A stretch of 64,000 nt of DNA from Nemertoderma westbladi. Its lineage: Eukaryota > Animalia > Xenacoelomorpha. Shown one piece after another: positions 48,206 through 61,727 of this stretch. The notes under the pieces were generated by a model, which did not search any database, was not told the origin of the DNA, and saw nothing but the letters and a program-made list of their open reading frames with translations. Every line of letters starts with the position of its first letter. Position 1 is the stretch's first letter. The position numbers were made by a program, and so were the translations under genes. The stretch spans positions 1 through 64,000 of the forward strand of contig JAUCBJ010001668.1 in NCBI GenBank assembly GCA_032718475.1, written 5' to 3'.

Positions 48206-50015
48206 TACGTAACCCCTAAAGGGACATGAGAAATTTTCGCTAACTCGTGCAAACGACTTAGTATGTTGTGCGAACGACTTCCTAAGTCGTGCAAACGACT
48301 TACTAAGTCGTGCGAACGACTTAACTAACTCGTGCGAATGACATACTAACTCGTGCGAACGACTTAGTACTAAGTCGTGCAAACGACTTAATAAGTCGTG
48401 CGAACGACTTAACTAACTTGTGCGAACGACATACTAACTCGTGCGAACGACTTACTAAGTCGTGTGCAAACGACATACTAAGTCATGCGAACAACATGCT
48501 AAGTCGTGCGAACGACTTAACTAACTCGTGCGAACGACATACTAAGTAGTGCGAACGACTTAACTAATGCGTGCGAACGACTTAGTAACTCGTGCGAACG
48601 ACTTAGTAACTCGTGCGAACGACTTACTAAGTCGTGCGAACTAATAAACTAACGCGTGCGAACGACTTAGTAACTCGTGCGAATGACTTACTAACTTTAC
48701 TTTGATTGGCTAAATAATACTGGTAATAAAAGTACAACATTTTTAGCGGGATTCTCAATTCAATCTACAGCATTTGTTGATGACATTATTGGTTGATAAT
48801 ATTATTATCAATGGCTGAACGCGCTCTGTTAATATCGATGTACTTTAACTTAGGCCGACAATACAACCGACATATTGTACTGTAGCAAATTATAATATCT
48901 TTAACATATTAATATTATTTTAACTTATTCAGTAAATAGCTGTATTATCTACGGTCAGCGCTGTTATATAAGCTGATTATAGTGCCAGGTGTTGTTGCTG
49001 TGTTGCTAAGCAACATTCCCATCTCACTATTGTATCGAACAGCAGCTGGAGTCGAAATCTCAGGTTTTGGGGGGAGGTGAGATAGGTCCTACTATTTAGA
49101 GTATTGTACAATATTGTGACTCTGCCACAATATTCGCTTTAAATAAAGTACGTACCCGTATTTCACTTTCCGGCTCTCGTTTCATATTTCACTCAGTTGC
49201 TTACGCTCGTTCTTAATAAAATTAATTTGAATAAGTAATGCGTAACATCCCTAATGAAGCCAGTGGGTGCATTGATGGATATTCCCGGAAAATGATTTGG
49301 TTGAACGTGTATAACACCAACAATGACAGTAAATTTATCTGGGGCTACTTCCTGTCCGTATTATTATCATTCATTAAATCTGACATTAAATCTGACATCT
49401 GACATTAAATCTGTCCGTATGTTAGGCCTAAGTTAAAGTACGTCGATATTAACAGAGCTCATTCAGCCATTGATAATAATATTTTCAACCAATAATGCCA
49501 TCAACAAATGCTGTAGATTGAATTGAAAATCCCGCTAAAAAGGTTGTACTTTTATTACCAGTATTATTTAACCAATCAAAGTAAAGTTAGTAAGTCGTTC
49601 GCACAAGTTACTAAGTCGTTTGCACGCGTTAGTTAAGTCGTTCGCACGACTTAGTATGTTGTACGCACTACTTAGTAAGTCGTTCGCACGAGTTACTAAG
49701 TCGTTGCACGCGTTAGTTAAGTCGTTCGCACGACTTAGTATGTCGTTCGCACGTCTTAGTAAGTCGTTCGCACGACTTAGTAAGTCATTCGCACGACTTA
49801 GTATGTCGTTTGCACGAGTTAGTTAAGTCGCTCACACGACTTAGTATGTCGTTCGCACGACTTAGTAAGTCGTTCGCACGGGTTAGTTAAGTCGTTCGCA
49901 CGACTTAGTATGTCGTTTGCAAGACTTAGTAAGTCATTCGCACGAGTTAGTTAAGTCGTTCGCACAAGTTAGCAAAATACAAATTTTTTTGTCATGTCCC
50001 TTTAGGGGCTCCGTA
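48206..50015. mobile_element. Non-autonomous IS3EU-type element with ~600-bp TIRs made of 21/25-bp hairpin repeats
   Basis: TACGTAACCCCTAAAGGGACATG...CATGTCCCTTTAGGGGCTCCGTA; 6-bp TSD GATATA (48200-48205, 50016-50021); inverted arms to about 48856 and from about 49425. Confidence 0.88.
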
Positions 50016-50299
50016 GATATAGGACTACATTTACAGTTGGCCAGATACCAGCACATGAGCAGCTGTATGCAATAAGCTAGGGTACAGGCAATTCTCTGCA
50101 CCTTCTGGTAATTATCTACAGCTTCGGGTAAATCCATAGTAATATATTTTCGATACCTCAATTCTCTACAGCTGCGGGTAAAAATCTGCACTCTTAGTTA
50201 GAGGAAGGTAAACAAGTTTATCCACACCTTTTTCTGCAATTTAAAGTTACAATGGCCACTTTTATGGAAGTCACGCAATTGTAAAACTATCTTTTTAGA

Positions 50300-50990
50300 A
50301 ATATCTTTGATCCAATTACTGAATTTACCGTCGATATTGTTTCAATCACGAAGGTATTATTTACTTGGCTGACCTTCTCTAGTGCGCATTGCACCAAAAG
50401 GCAGACTTACTCAGGTCGAAGTTCTTGTGATGGTTTCGTTGGCGTATTTGGCATCCAGCGACTATCAAAAGAGTGTGGGCGATAACTTTGGCATCAATCA
50501 GTCCAATGTTAAATGAATTTTGGAGAGTTTCCTAAAATTCTTTGTGTCAAAAGATTTTATTAAATTTCCAATTTCAGGCAACTAGCAGTGAATAAATATG
50601 CGAGTATTTTTATACCAAGGCTAGATTTCCACAAGTAATCAATTGTACACATGTCAAAATTGGTGCCCCAAGTTTGAATGGAAACGATTACATTAATCGA
50701 ATGTGTCAACATAATTTGAATATACAAGCAGTGTGTGATTTTCGAGGGAAATTTACGAATGTTGTTGCTAAATGGCCTGGTTCGAACCATGATTCATTCA
50801 TTTTGAAAAACAGTGAACTGTGGAATGCTTTCGAATCTCAATGATTGTCTGTTGTACATATTTTGGTGGGTGACTCTATGGCTATGCTCTACATTGGCTC
50901 CTTGCTCCATTTTTGAGTCCGCAAACGGAATCTCAAGTTTGCTACAATTCAGCTCACCAGTGTTCTTAATCGAACAAGATTTTGTTTTTA
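50300..50990 (+). pseudogene. PIF/Harbinger (HARBI1-like) transposase remnant
   Basis: CTHVKI, YINR, NIQAVCD..FTNVVAKWPGSNHDSFIL, LVGDS; fragmented. Confidence 0.8.
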
Positions 50991-52192
50991 TAATACCTAC
51001 ATACTTTATTATATATAGGAAAATAAAATTTTGAAGTCAACCATTTTTGGCACTTTATTATTTTATAAATTTCAATATACAGTCGAGGTCCCATAATGCA
51101 TCTGTTCCCGACTGTACGTGTACATATCAATAAAACACCATAAAATAAAATTGTAACTGAGGAGAAGACAACCCAGGCTGCAGGAGCTCTTATGGGGGGT
51201 CATATAAGTGTGGAGCAATTAAACACTCAAACACCCAATGGAATAAAATACACTGGCAGATATGTTAAAATAAGGTAAAATATGATTATGAAATAAAATT
51301 GTGATCACAGTTGATGATGATGGTTCAACGATTAAATTTACAATATGACATAAAGTCGAAACCTAGTAACCTATGGGAAAAAATATACCTATTTTTAGAG
51401 TTAACAATATATTCAGGTATGGCCTTCTAAAGTGCAACAACACGATTAGAAAATGAATATTTACAGATTTGAAGCCTTGATATTTTTACAAAGTTTTCGA
51501 CTGTTGCCTCTTAGGCCTTGTCTAGACTGGCGGCTAAAAAAAATAATTAAACTGACCAGATTGACCAGATTTATTTTTTCCTCTGCAGTTTTAATTCACC
51601 ACGATGTTCCGGAAAAAGGAGGTATTTCGTGATTGGTTCTTAAGAGAGGGGATGATGACGAGTTTGAGTCACAGCAGAAGGAAATGCTTAGAGTAAAAAT
51701 TTTTATTTTGGTATTTTTAAGAAAATAATGCCGTTGGAAAAGAAGACCAGTAATTAATAACTTGGTGGTAAATTATTTATTACAGTTGTCGTAAAATGAG
51801 TGTACCCCACTTAACGATCTGTAGGTGTTGGTGGGTCTGTGCCTGTGGGTGAGGGTAGTCTGGAGATTGTGGGTACAATTCTCCACACAGATTGCATATG
51901 GATTTTACCTGAACCTGAAGGTGAGGATAATACTATGTACCCCTAGCTGCAGTTAACATATTGCATGTCTGCTGATACCGGATGAATCATCAATTTCTCC
52001 ATATGTATTGTATATCTACCATATGTATACCTTTAATTTTCAAATAAAATCGTAATCTAGTACTACTACTGTAGATTTCAGTAATAAGAACACAATATGC
52101 AATCGGGACAAACAAGAGACTATAACCACAAATAACAGTAACATTGTTCTGTTCAGTAACACCCTTTATAAAGAAGTTTTCACCAATTTCTT

Positions 52193-52354
52193 TCACAGAC
52201 CAGGAATGTTGTCTTTCAGGAACTGTAGGTTGTGTGAGACCCGGGAATAAACTCCAGGACGATTCCGTCCCCCGCAGTCGGCACCCCAGCTAGTAACTCC
52301 TACTAGTTCCCAGGCGCCACCAATACTACACACAAGAGGTCCGCCAGAATCTCC
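52193..52354 (-). CDS. Last coding exon of a second trypsin-like serine protease paralog (gene B)
   Basis: ttgtag|[53 protein letters not shown]; 3' flank similar to that of gene A. Confidence 0.92.
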   Translation of the reverse strand, partial: GDSGGPLVCSIGGAWELVGVTSWGADCGGRNRPGVYSRVSHNLQFLKDNIPGL

Positions 52355-52384
52355 CTACAATAAAATAAATAAAATTAGTTAAAT

Positions 52385-52553
52385 ATATTATTAAAATAAT
52401 AATAAATTATTTATTATTAAAATAATAATAAATTATTTATTATTAAAATAATAATAAAATATTTATTATTAAAATAATAATAAAATATTTATTATTAAAA
52501 TAATAATAAAATATTTATTATTAAAATAATAATAAAATATTTATTATTAAAAT
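52385..52553. repeat. AT-only ~26-bp tandem repeat
   Basis: (TTATTATTAAAATAATAATAAAATAT)n, about 6 copies. Confidence 0.9.
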
Positions 52554-52969
52554 TAGATTAATGTAAGTAATTGGAATGAGAATGTTAAGGAAAGAAAATA
52601 AAACCTATCTCTACTCCTGAATGTTTTAGCCGTCCCACAGCATGGGAGAGATTACTGGCCACAGGAATTTTACTACACCACATATTTGTTATATATTTGA
52701 AATTTAATTGAAATGAGAGATATGTATAATTTCTATGGTGCAAGGGAGTTATTGTTGAGTTTGTAAATTGTATTTTATTCTCGGATATTATATAAGTTTT
52801 ATGTTTATCATTTTGTTTAATGATTTTTTTATTTTGTAATATTTTTTACTGTTATTTTAGCTTACAATTATAATCAATCATTTTAATTATATACAGGTTT
52901 TTATGATAATTTATGGCTATTTTTATGATAATGTATAATGATGTCTGATTTAGGGTTTTGCATGCAACC

Positions 52970-55400
52970 TTGGGACACTATTAAATGAACACTCCTTGAC
53001 TTACAATAGGACAAAGGATCTGAAACATACTTCTGAAATTTCGGCGAGTAACATTCACTTGAGCAAATGGTGAGTAGGTTTCAAAGGTATAGTTTGAGAC
53101 CATTTGTGGACTATTTGCTTGCACCATGAATCATCACTTTTTTTGAAAAAAGTTGGCAAATGCTGCAATGTCTCCAATTTAGAGAAGCGTAAAGCAAAGG
53201 GCTCCCGTCTTATTTAGATAGAAATGGCACAACGTTTTAAAACTATGGAATTTTCAGTGATCCCTGGGTGGAAATTATGCCCGAAATGTGTAACTGAATA
53301 CAGTAGGTTGAATATGAATAGTCATATTACAGACGTTCCAGCTACTGAAGATTCAGAAATCAATAGCGCTGATTCTGAAATAAGCTAAATTAACAAAGAA
53401 ACAAAAATCAAGAGAGAAGAAATCAGTGGAAACTCTAAACAAAATGTCCGAACAAACTGACATAAACTATAAAATTGCACAGTCAACCTTTGGTAGAATG
53501 ATATGCCGTAAAGTACAGTCACTTAAACGATCATTTGGAAACGCATTTGACATGCCTAGTAAGTACAAGCTTTGACAGTACTAGTAACTCCACAATTCCT
53601 TCTGGTCATCTTAAACAACTAAAAACAACTTCTAATGATTTTGAAAAACTTTTGTTAAGAGTTAAAAAACAAGATCAATACACCTGGCTTAACCCTATTA
53701 AACCCGGGGGGGGGGGGGTCAATATGACCCCCCGTGGTTTTTTTATTATAATTCTGAAACAAACGCAGTTGGGAAGCTGAAATTTTATGACTTTTCCTAA
53801 AAATCTATTGTCTTCCTAGTAGTGAAAACCGTTTTAAAAAATATTGGGTCGTTTTCGAGTTATAGCACCATTTTTTAACCCTACTTTTGGCACTTTTTTT
53901 GAGACGTTTTTTGAAAATTAAATTTCATTAAATATGAATTGTAACATCTCTATTTTTGATTTACACCGGTTTTTTTGTGTTAGCAAGTGGATGGAATTCA
54001 TATAAATTGATTTAGAAATTTCAAACTTGTTTTTTTCGGTGGGTGCCAAATTTTGGTGCCAGCACCAAATTTTGAAATATGTAAATTTTATAAATTGATT
54101 GTTTGAAACTTGTTTTTTACGCAATTGGGGTTTTTTTGGGGTTCTGGATTCGATGAAATATATACGAGTTGCACCAAGCGTATCAAACTTGTATTTTTCG
54201 GTGCTTTGTGTAAATTTTGGTGCTAGCACGAAATTTTGAAAATCCATTCAAGAGATAAAATTGCATGTGACAATTTATTTCTTGCGTTTTAGAGGTTTAT
54301 GGCTGTTCTGAATTCAATGGAATATATAATTATCAAACTAGACATCTCAAACTTGTATTTTTCGGATGTGGGTGCAAAATGTGGTGCTAGCACCAAATTT
54401 TGAAAACCATCAAATATATCAATTGATTGTGTCACCTTGTTTCTTGCGTTATAAGGGTTTGTGATGGTTCTGAATTCATTGGAATCAGTGAAAATTTCAT
54501 AAGAGTTCTCAAACTTGTATTTTCGCCGGTGGGTGAAAATTGTTGTGCCAGCACCAAATTTTGGAAAATATGCAAATTGATCAGTTAGATAGTACCCCCT
54601 TGTTTCTTGCGTTATACGGGTTTATGAGGGTCCTGAATCCGATGGAATCAATAAAAAGAGCACTGGACATCGCAAACTTGTACTTTTTGGTGATGGGTAC
54701 GAAATTTGGTGCTAGCACCGAAATTTTCCAAATTACGCCGAAAAATACAAGTAGTAATGATCTGGCATATTAGAAATGTATTCCATTAGAATCCGCGCCC
54801 AAGAAAACCTATAAATGTGAATTTATAGCATCGTATAAGTGAATTAAAAATTTTGTGTTCAAACTGAAAAGTGCTGGTTACTTGTTTTTTTCATTTTTTT
54901 CCTACACAGAGAGGATTAAACAGCCATTTATAGTAATCACATCATTTTTAAATATTTTCCAATGTATTTTGCACCCCAGAAAACCTGTATTGAAAAATAA
55001 TTAGCTGAAAATGTAACTTTCAAATTTTGTGATAATTGTGCACTACTTGTAATTTTGGTGCTGCTGTATAACCACCCCAGTTCATTTTTTCGAAAATTTT
55101 TTTTCGGTCGGATCCAGACAAGTGATACCTACGTACAAACAAAAAATCAGAAGTTTTCATAAATATTTGTAGATTTTAGAGGGGGGGGGGGGGGGGGGTC
55201 AATATGACCCCCCCCCCCCCCCCCGGTATTTGTACAACATTTTATAGCCCGGTACTAATAGGGTTAAAGAATAGGAAAAATAACTCTAAACTTTGACACC
55301 ATCTTCATGGTCATGGTCAAAGGATGCTGAATTCTTTAATGTTTCTGAATATATTATGGTTAGGCAAGCTCGAAGTGTCCATGTTGAAGCAGGATACACA
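52970..55400 (+). mobile_element. Degenerate DNA transposon 5' part (Sola2-like?), interrupted by a MITE
   Basis: Fragments KCCN.., IPGWKLCPKC before the MITE and LTPSSWS..AEFFNVSEY..VRQAR after it; family from motif recall. Confidence 0.4.
53693..55263 (+). mobile_element. piggyBac-type MITE, copy 3
   Basis: TTAA|CCCTATTAAACC...GTACTAATAGGG|TTAA. Confidence 0.9.
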
Positions 55401-57499
55401 AGTACAAACTCGAAACATTTCGACACAGAATACCAAAGACATTGTAATATATTTTATCAAGAATACCAAAGACATTGTAATATATTTCTATCAAGAATAC
55501 CAAAAACATTGTAATATTTTGCTATCAAGATGATTGATATTCTCGTTTAATGCTAGGGCGCAGCGGAAAGATGCAGTAAGCATTATAAGCAAAAAGGCTA
55601 AAACTCGGTAAGCAATATTCTTGCTAAATGAAGCAATATTCTTGCTAAATGATCAAATTGTAGGCCTAACAATGTCTCTTCGCTCTCAAACTCACCACAT
55701 CGTTTTTGGATATTCTAATGAATTATTGGCCATGTAAAACGTCAAAATTGCATCAGGAGTGGAATGTATGAGTCATATAATGTTCCTTAAAAAAAAACAA
55801 TGGCAACACAAACCTTTGGCAAGAATGTGGAGATTGTTCTAAAACTTTGTTCGAAATCTGGACGAAGGCTTCCATTCCTTCAGTTTCATCCTTAAATACT
55901 GTAGCCAATACACTTATTTAAGGTAAAGATAAAGGAAAAGATTTAAACCGGATTTCAAAGAAACGACGAGCTTCAGTAAACACCAAGTTGCAGATTGAGA
56001 AATACCAGAAAGAACTCGGGAGTCTGTTCGATTTCGCTGCATGTAAGTGCAAGAGTTTTCTAAATTGTTCATGTGATGTGGTACGCAAGGTCCCCAAAAG
56101 TGAGTGGGCTTTCTTGGAAGACCAGCGATCAAAGAGTAGGATGATAATTTCATCAGTTGATACAGAAATGACAAAACGTATTGTTCGATATTAGAAAGGA
56201 ATCTAGGAAACTGCAGTAATCTTCAAGCACAAAAGAAATATTAACAGAAGTGGACTCTGACTCTATTGGTAGCACTAGTAGTTTCAGATCGAGTGACTCA
56301 GATGACTTCATTCCTGGTAAATCTGGAGGTTATGGAATAGTAAATAGAGATATTAAATTACCAAGTGTCGCTAAAATGGCTGATCGGTATGAATTGAGTT
56401 GTAGCCATATGCAGCAGCAGCAGCAGCATCCATATGTTCCACTACCTTGCATGACATTGGATGTGATGAAGTTGTAGATAGGAGTAAAATTCGGAGAGAG
56501 AAAGAGCTCAGAACATCGATTAGAGAAACTGTTTTGAAATCACAGCAAGTTGGTTTGTATTTTGATGGCAAGAAAGACACAACATTGGTAAGTCCTGGAT
56601 GTCTTACAAAAGAGGATCATTAAGCACTGGTAGAGGAACCAAATTATGTTTTTATTGGACATGTTACTCCTTGCTTTTTTTTTTGTACATATAAATATCA
56701 CTAAAAAATCTAATTTTACATAAAAAAAATTAATTTTAAGTAAATAAATTATTGTAAATAAATAAATAACAAATTCTATAATACTTTCTAATCATACCTT
56801 GTTGTTATATATGGCAACTACTGTATTTTTAATTATTTCTTAGTATATTTGTATAGCTATTACTAAATAACTATTGTTTAATACAGTGCTTATACATACA
56901 GTACCTAATTATTTTTATACTGTATATATATCACTAAACCACCATAATTTATATTTTAGCTAGGTGTGATAATAGTACTAATGTAAACACCGGTTGGAAA
57001 GAAGGAGTTCTAATAGATTTAGAGCGTTACTTGGAAAGACCATTACAACATGTTGTTTGCTTACTTCATATAAATGAATTACCCCTGCAACATATGATTA
57101 TTGAATTAGATGGCCCTACCACTGGAAACAATAGCTTCTCGGGACCCTTAGGGAAACTGTTGCCAAATTGCCATACTGTTAAATTTGCTTCAATTATTAA
57201 TCCCATGTTTCTGGATATCTCAGAGGATATTGCGTCAAATTTCTCCACTGATCAGAAATATCTCTTAGATATGTGTTATGCAGTAAATGTAACGAAATTC
57301 AAATTTCTCTACTGATCAGAAATATCTCTTAGATATGTGTTATGCAGTAAATCTAATAAAGGGTTGGCGAACCGCATTCCTGGGCGTATTGTAGACTCAC
57401 GTTGTCTTACAACAGCTTCACGATTCCTCCGTCCTTATATTAGCACCTCATCACCAGCTCCTCCATTAGAACGAATATGTCTTTATATTATTAAGATGT

Positions 57500-60378
57500 G
57501 ATAGATGATCTCCATTTAGAACTACAATCAGTGAGATAACAAGAAGGGTTCTCTAGATATCCATGAAACCATTTTTTTGCCATTCATAATTTAGGCAATT
57601 TCTCTACTAAATAAAAACTGATACCCAGAAGTTAATGATACTAGTTCCAATTAATGCATAACGTTCACAGAAGCAACACAGAAAATTTCAGCCAAAACCA
57701 TTCAGGGGTTCTTCAGATATAGGTACATGAGCAATCCATCCTTCGCGAAAACATGATTCCAAGTAAATCAAGTTTAAAGTTCGGAGTTTAGAAAAAATGA
57801 CCAAGAGTAAAATATAACATATATAATGCGATTTCTCAAGATTCAAGAGGTATTAGGTGATATAAATTATGACTATGATGACTGAGAGAGCTGTTGATAA
57901 AGGATGGTTCAACATTATTAACTAGAATTGACCAGCCCCATATTCACTAGGTATCATCTTCTTCATTGACTCGCTTCTTCCTTTTGTTGTCTCCTTTTGA
58001 GGAAGATTCTATCTTAAATAATTCACTATTGGCTTTGTCTACTCGAATTCTATCAAGATAAGAGAGACCATTCATACAATTAGATCCAGGCATCTGCTCA
58101 GAAGAGTGACATCTGAAAGGTCCCTGGAGATAGGCCTTAGCTCATCCATAATAGCAATTGGTATGCTATTTTTATGGGAATATGCTTCTCCAGTAACCAA
58201 GTGTTTATTATATGGGCACCAGGACTGAAGATCCTGTGGACAAAGGCCATGTTGTGGATTATCATCAGTAGAGAGCTTGTAGAAACGAATGGCCTGGACA
58301 GCTCGCCTCATTTCTCCTAAATCATGAGTATTTCTTCTAATAGCCATCCCATAGTAAAGCTGCAAAGAATTTATCACCGAATCTGTGAGTCGATTGTGCC
58401 CACCTATAGGTTTCCCATCAGCCAACTTTGTACCTCTAAGTGAAGCCTTCAACCTTCGAAGTCTGCACCCCATTATCTTTTGGACATGTCCAACGCACTC
58501 AAGTTTTTGAATAGAACAACTGTCACCATAGGGCAAACTATTTGCAACAGTGCTGAATCAACTGCTATCTCCATCTCCTAAGTATTTAGTATATCGGGCC
58601 CCATGTTTATCCACTGAACGCAAAAACATCATTTTAGCACCTGCTACTTCCATTCCTCTGCTTGTCCCCTCATAGTTTCGAACACAAACATCTTTATGTC
58701 TATCTATGGCAACTTTATCATCCTTTGGAATTCGAATGCAAGTATTACAAAACTTGGATATACACTGTATATCAATGACTTTCCCTACATCGACAGATAT
58801 AACAAAAACAATTCCATTGAGTGACTTGTGGCCACGCTTCTGCCAGCTACCATCGATACTAACAGCTAAATCAGTTTTGATTTCCGATTCAGTGTTTTCA
58901 GATATGGCTTCTTTGGCAGCTGCAGCCATTGATTGTTCAGCCACAGATTCAACATGAGGGAGAATATGCTTATAAATGCGTGAAATATGCAGAAGTGGTG
59001 GTGGCAAACCTATAATTGCTGCAAAGGTACGGGATCCATGATCACCAAGTCCAACGCATCTCATAGCATATGCAAACCTTACATTACTCTCATAGACTGG
59101 TCTGCCTGGTTCAGAATGTGGAAGTTTTGGGGAACCATTGCAGGTGGCATTTTGGAAACAATTGTTACACTTTGCTGAAATATTGGTAGCTAAGCCAGTT
59201 GATTCCCCAGTCTCTATAGATATATTTTTGCTGGAGCAGTGCTGGCAACACAATATTTCTTTCAGGCAAATGCTCAGCAGCTCACAGTCTATCAGATGAA
59301 AACCAGTCCTAGAAGTTTCACTATCCCGGGCTAAACTAATAGATAGTTTTTTTGATGATGCAGACTGTATAGTGGGTGTAAAACATCCAGTGAAACGATT
59401 ACCGTGAAAGGATCTATTAGTCTTTCGAAAGCTCAAACTTCGAGGCATTATTTAAATGCAATTGTTTGGCAATAAACTGAGCAAATAAAAATTATTATTT
59501 GGAAATATGGCCCATACAAAGACCGTTTTGGTTATATAGAGTAAATAAAATAGAAATAGGGTGGAATAATGGCCCTTAGAAGGGCCGTTTTGGTTGAGTA
59601 ATGATATCAAATAACAAAATGTTAGATGAGTGCTTATCAGATAGCACTCCAGGGGAATACAAAAGACAGTTGAAATATCCAGTGAGATTGTAGAGGTTGA
59701 AAACAATAGAAAAATCCAGAATACTAAAATAAAACAAATATTGTCGTCCTATGCAACAGAATGAGTGTTCAACGATGTGGAACTGCTTTATATACAGAGT
59801 TCTCATGGATGATTAGCCAATAGAATGATTTCACTACCAAATTAGCAATCCAATCAGCAACTGTTTTCGGTTTTGTTTCGGAAAGATACACACAGAGTGA
59901 TAGAATTTATCATTATTTCATAAAGCAGCTAAAATGTTTCTGTATTAGCTTTCTGTAATTATTATTTAGGCAGTTTGTTACCTTGACATATATTGGTACA
60001 TACATAATATACCATTGAATTCTTACACAATATTAATTCTACATAATACTAATTGAAATGCCTTGATTTAAATATAAATCTGCATTCTCGTTTACAATAC
60101 TTTTTAATAAAATTAACAACCTTATTTTAACTATATAAGGCTTCAGGAGGGGAAGCAAAGGGCTTTCAGTGGAGTTGAGCGGTATCAATAATCTACGGAC
60201 ATATAATATTTTTGGATCGGAGACATGCGACTAGCTTCAATTGAAGAGGAATATCTCGAGTTTGAGAAAAGATATCGAAAAACGGATTTCACCAGAAGAA
60301 TCAGCATACAATTTTCACCTAAATTAGCTTAAAATCGAAAATTTCATTTTTTAGTCATATAATTATGGTCTAGTGCCC
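57500..60378 (-). mobile_element. Kolobok-like DNA transposon (one end retained)
   Basis: Minus-strand 5' end TTAA|GGGCACTAGACC at 60378; encloses a DDE transposase; the other end was not found. Confidence 0.6.
58072..59448 (-). pseudogene. Kolobok-type DDE transposase; in-frame TGA at 58558, C-terminus truncated
   Basis: SIDGSWQKRGHKSLNG, SKFC..C, NYEGTS..ME, YLGDGDSS, KLECVGHVQK, YYGMAIR, HGLCP..WC. Confidence 0.8.
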
Positions 60379-60382
60379 TTAA

Positions 60383-61727
60383 CCCCTTAAGACCGGGAAC
60401 ACAACCCCATTATACACCCTAGGAGCCGGGACATTTTAGAGAAATTTGTACTTTCAAGTTAAATGTTTTAGCACCCTGGCCATTGTGTAAATAATGGTTT
60501 AGATTCTTCAGAATGAGCAAGGAAGTCTACCTATAGTATATAAATATATTATACGACTATTTATTTATATATAATATAATAAATTAATTATATTATATAT
60601 ATAAATAAATAATTATATATAATTTACTCAAGATCAGCTGACATATTTTTTTACAATTACAATATTTATTTATTTAGGTACCGGCACTCTAGTTATTTAT
60701 TTAGAATATTTATTGATTCTGTATATTCATTTATTTATTCTATTTATTTATTTATTATGATATTTATTAGATTATAACCTTAAATTTTGTATATTACAAA
60801 AAAATTTGCAAAATATTTGTTTAAATTTTATGTTTATGGATAGTAGCTAATGAAAAGATAATTATCACATTATATACTTGCAATTTATTACATTTGACAC
60901 ATCATACTCTATAAATCCTAAATAGGATTATAATCTAGGATCCGTGGGTATCTGTGTGATACAGGATCTGTGGGTGAGGTGTCCTGCTGTTCGAAATATA
61001 ATCGCGATCTGACATTGGTCCATTCAGCCAGAGAAGAAAAAACTACATCTGGAAAGAAAACCTTCAAGTAATCCAGTTCACTAAACTCCAAAGTATCAAC
61101 TCCCTTCCAGCCGGGATTGCCAATAAACGGGATTGGATTATTCTAGGAAATATAGCGGTCCTCCTCCGGTGTTACGAACTTCCACCCCGGATCCACAGAT
61201 GGTCCTGTCGGTTGCCGTTGCGATGATGAACCGCCAACTGATCCCGGTTGAGTTGGAAGTGGATCCTCAATCTCGTCTGACTCCGCATCGTTGTCGTAAC
61301 TATCGCTGGTATCGGTATCAACACTCTCAACATCTTCGCGATCAATGTCGTCCTCGCTATCGCTGTCCATTGTGTTAAACCCATAGTACTTCACCGGTTT
61401 TACTGTCCGTCTTGGCCGACCACTGCTGTCCATTGCTTCACAGTTATTAGTACGCATGTATAGTGTTAGCCTATGTTATATGCTATACTGTTATACAGTA
61501 ACTATAGATTATCTTGACAGGCAAGCAAGTAAGCGAAAACCGGTACCGGTACTGTGTTAGGCCTACTGCAGAATGTGTCTAAGGCACGGGGAATTGAAAA
61601 ATGCACCGCCAGTAAGCACCGGGACATCGCCAGACAAGGTAGAATGACATTAATACTATGGCTCATACGTATGAGCCCCCGCGCATATGAGCATGGCTCA
61701 TACGTCTGAGCCCCCGGTCTCAAGGAG
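60383..61727 (-). mobile_element. Internally deleted piggyBac transposon
   Basis: TTAA|CCCCTTAAGACCGGG...CCCGGTCTCAAGGAG|TTAA; minus strand has an acidic N-terminus (DSDSEDD..) and PFIGNPG..LDYLKVFFPD..EWTN. Confidence 0.82.

Noticed and set aside
48240-49970. Short palindromic repeats resembling CRISPR, and SKSFARL-repeat ORFs
   Set aside because: No spacers or cas genes, eukaryotic context; they are subterminal repeats of a TIR element.
50045-50075. Minus-strand TAAH(V) as the protease His exon
   Set aside because: No upstream CGG(S/T)L motif, no Cys after His, no convincing splice sites.
55428-57352. Short local duplications (33-bp x3 at about 55430; about 48-bp x2 at about 57241 and 57304)
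   Set aside because: Ordinary slippage duplications in decayed transposons.
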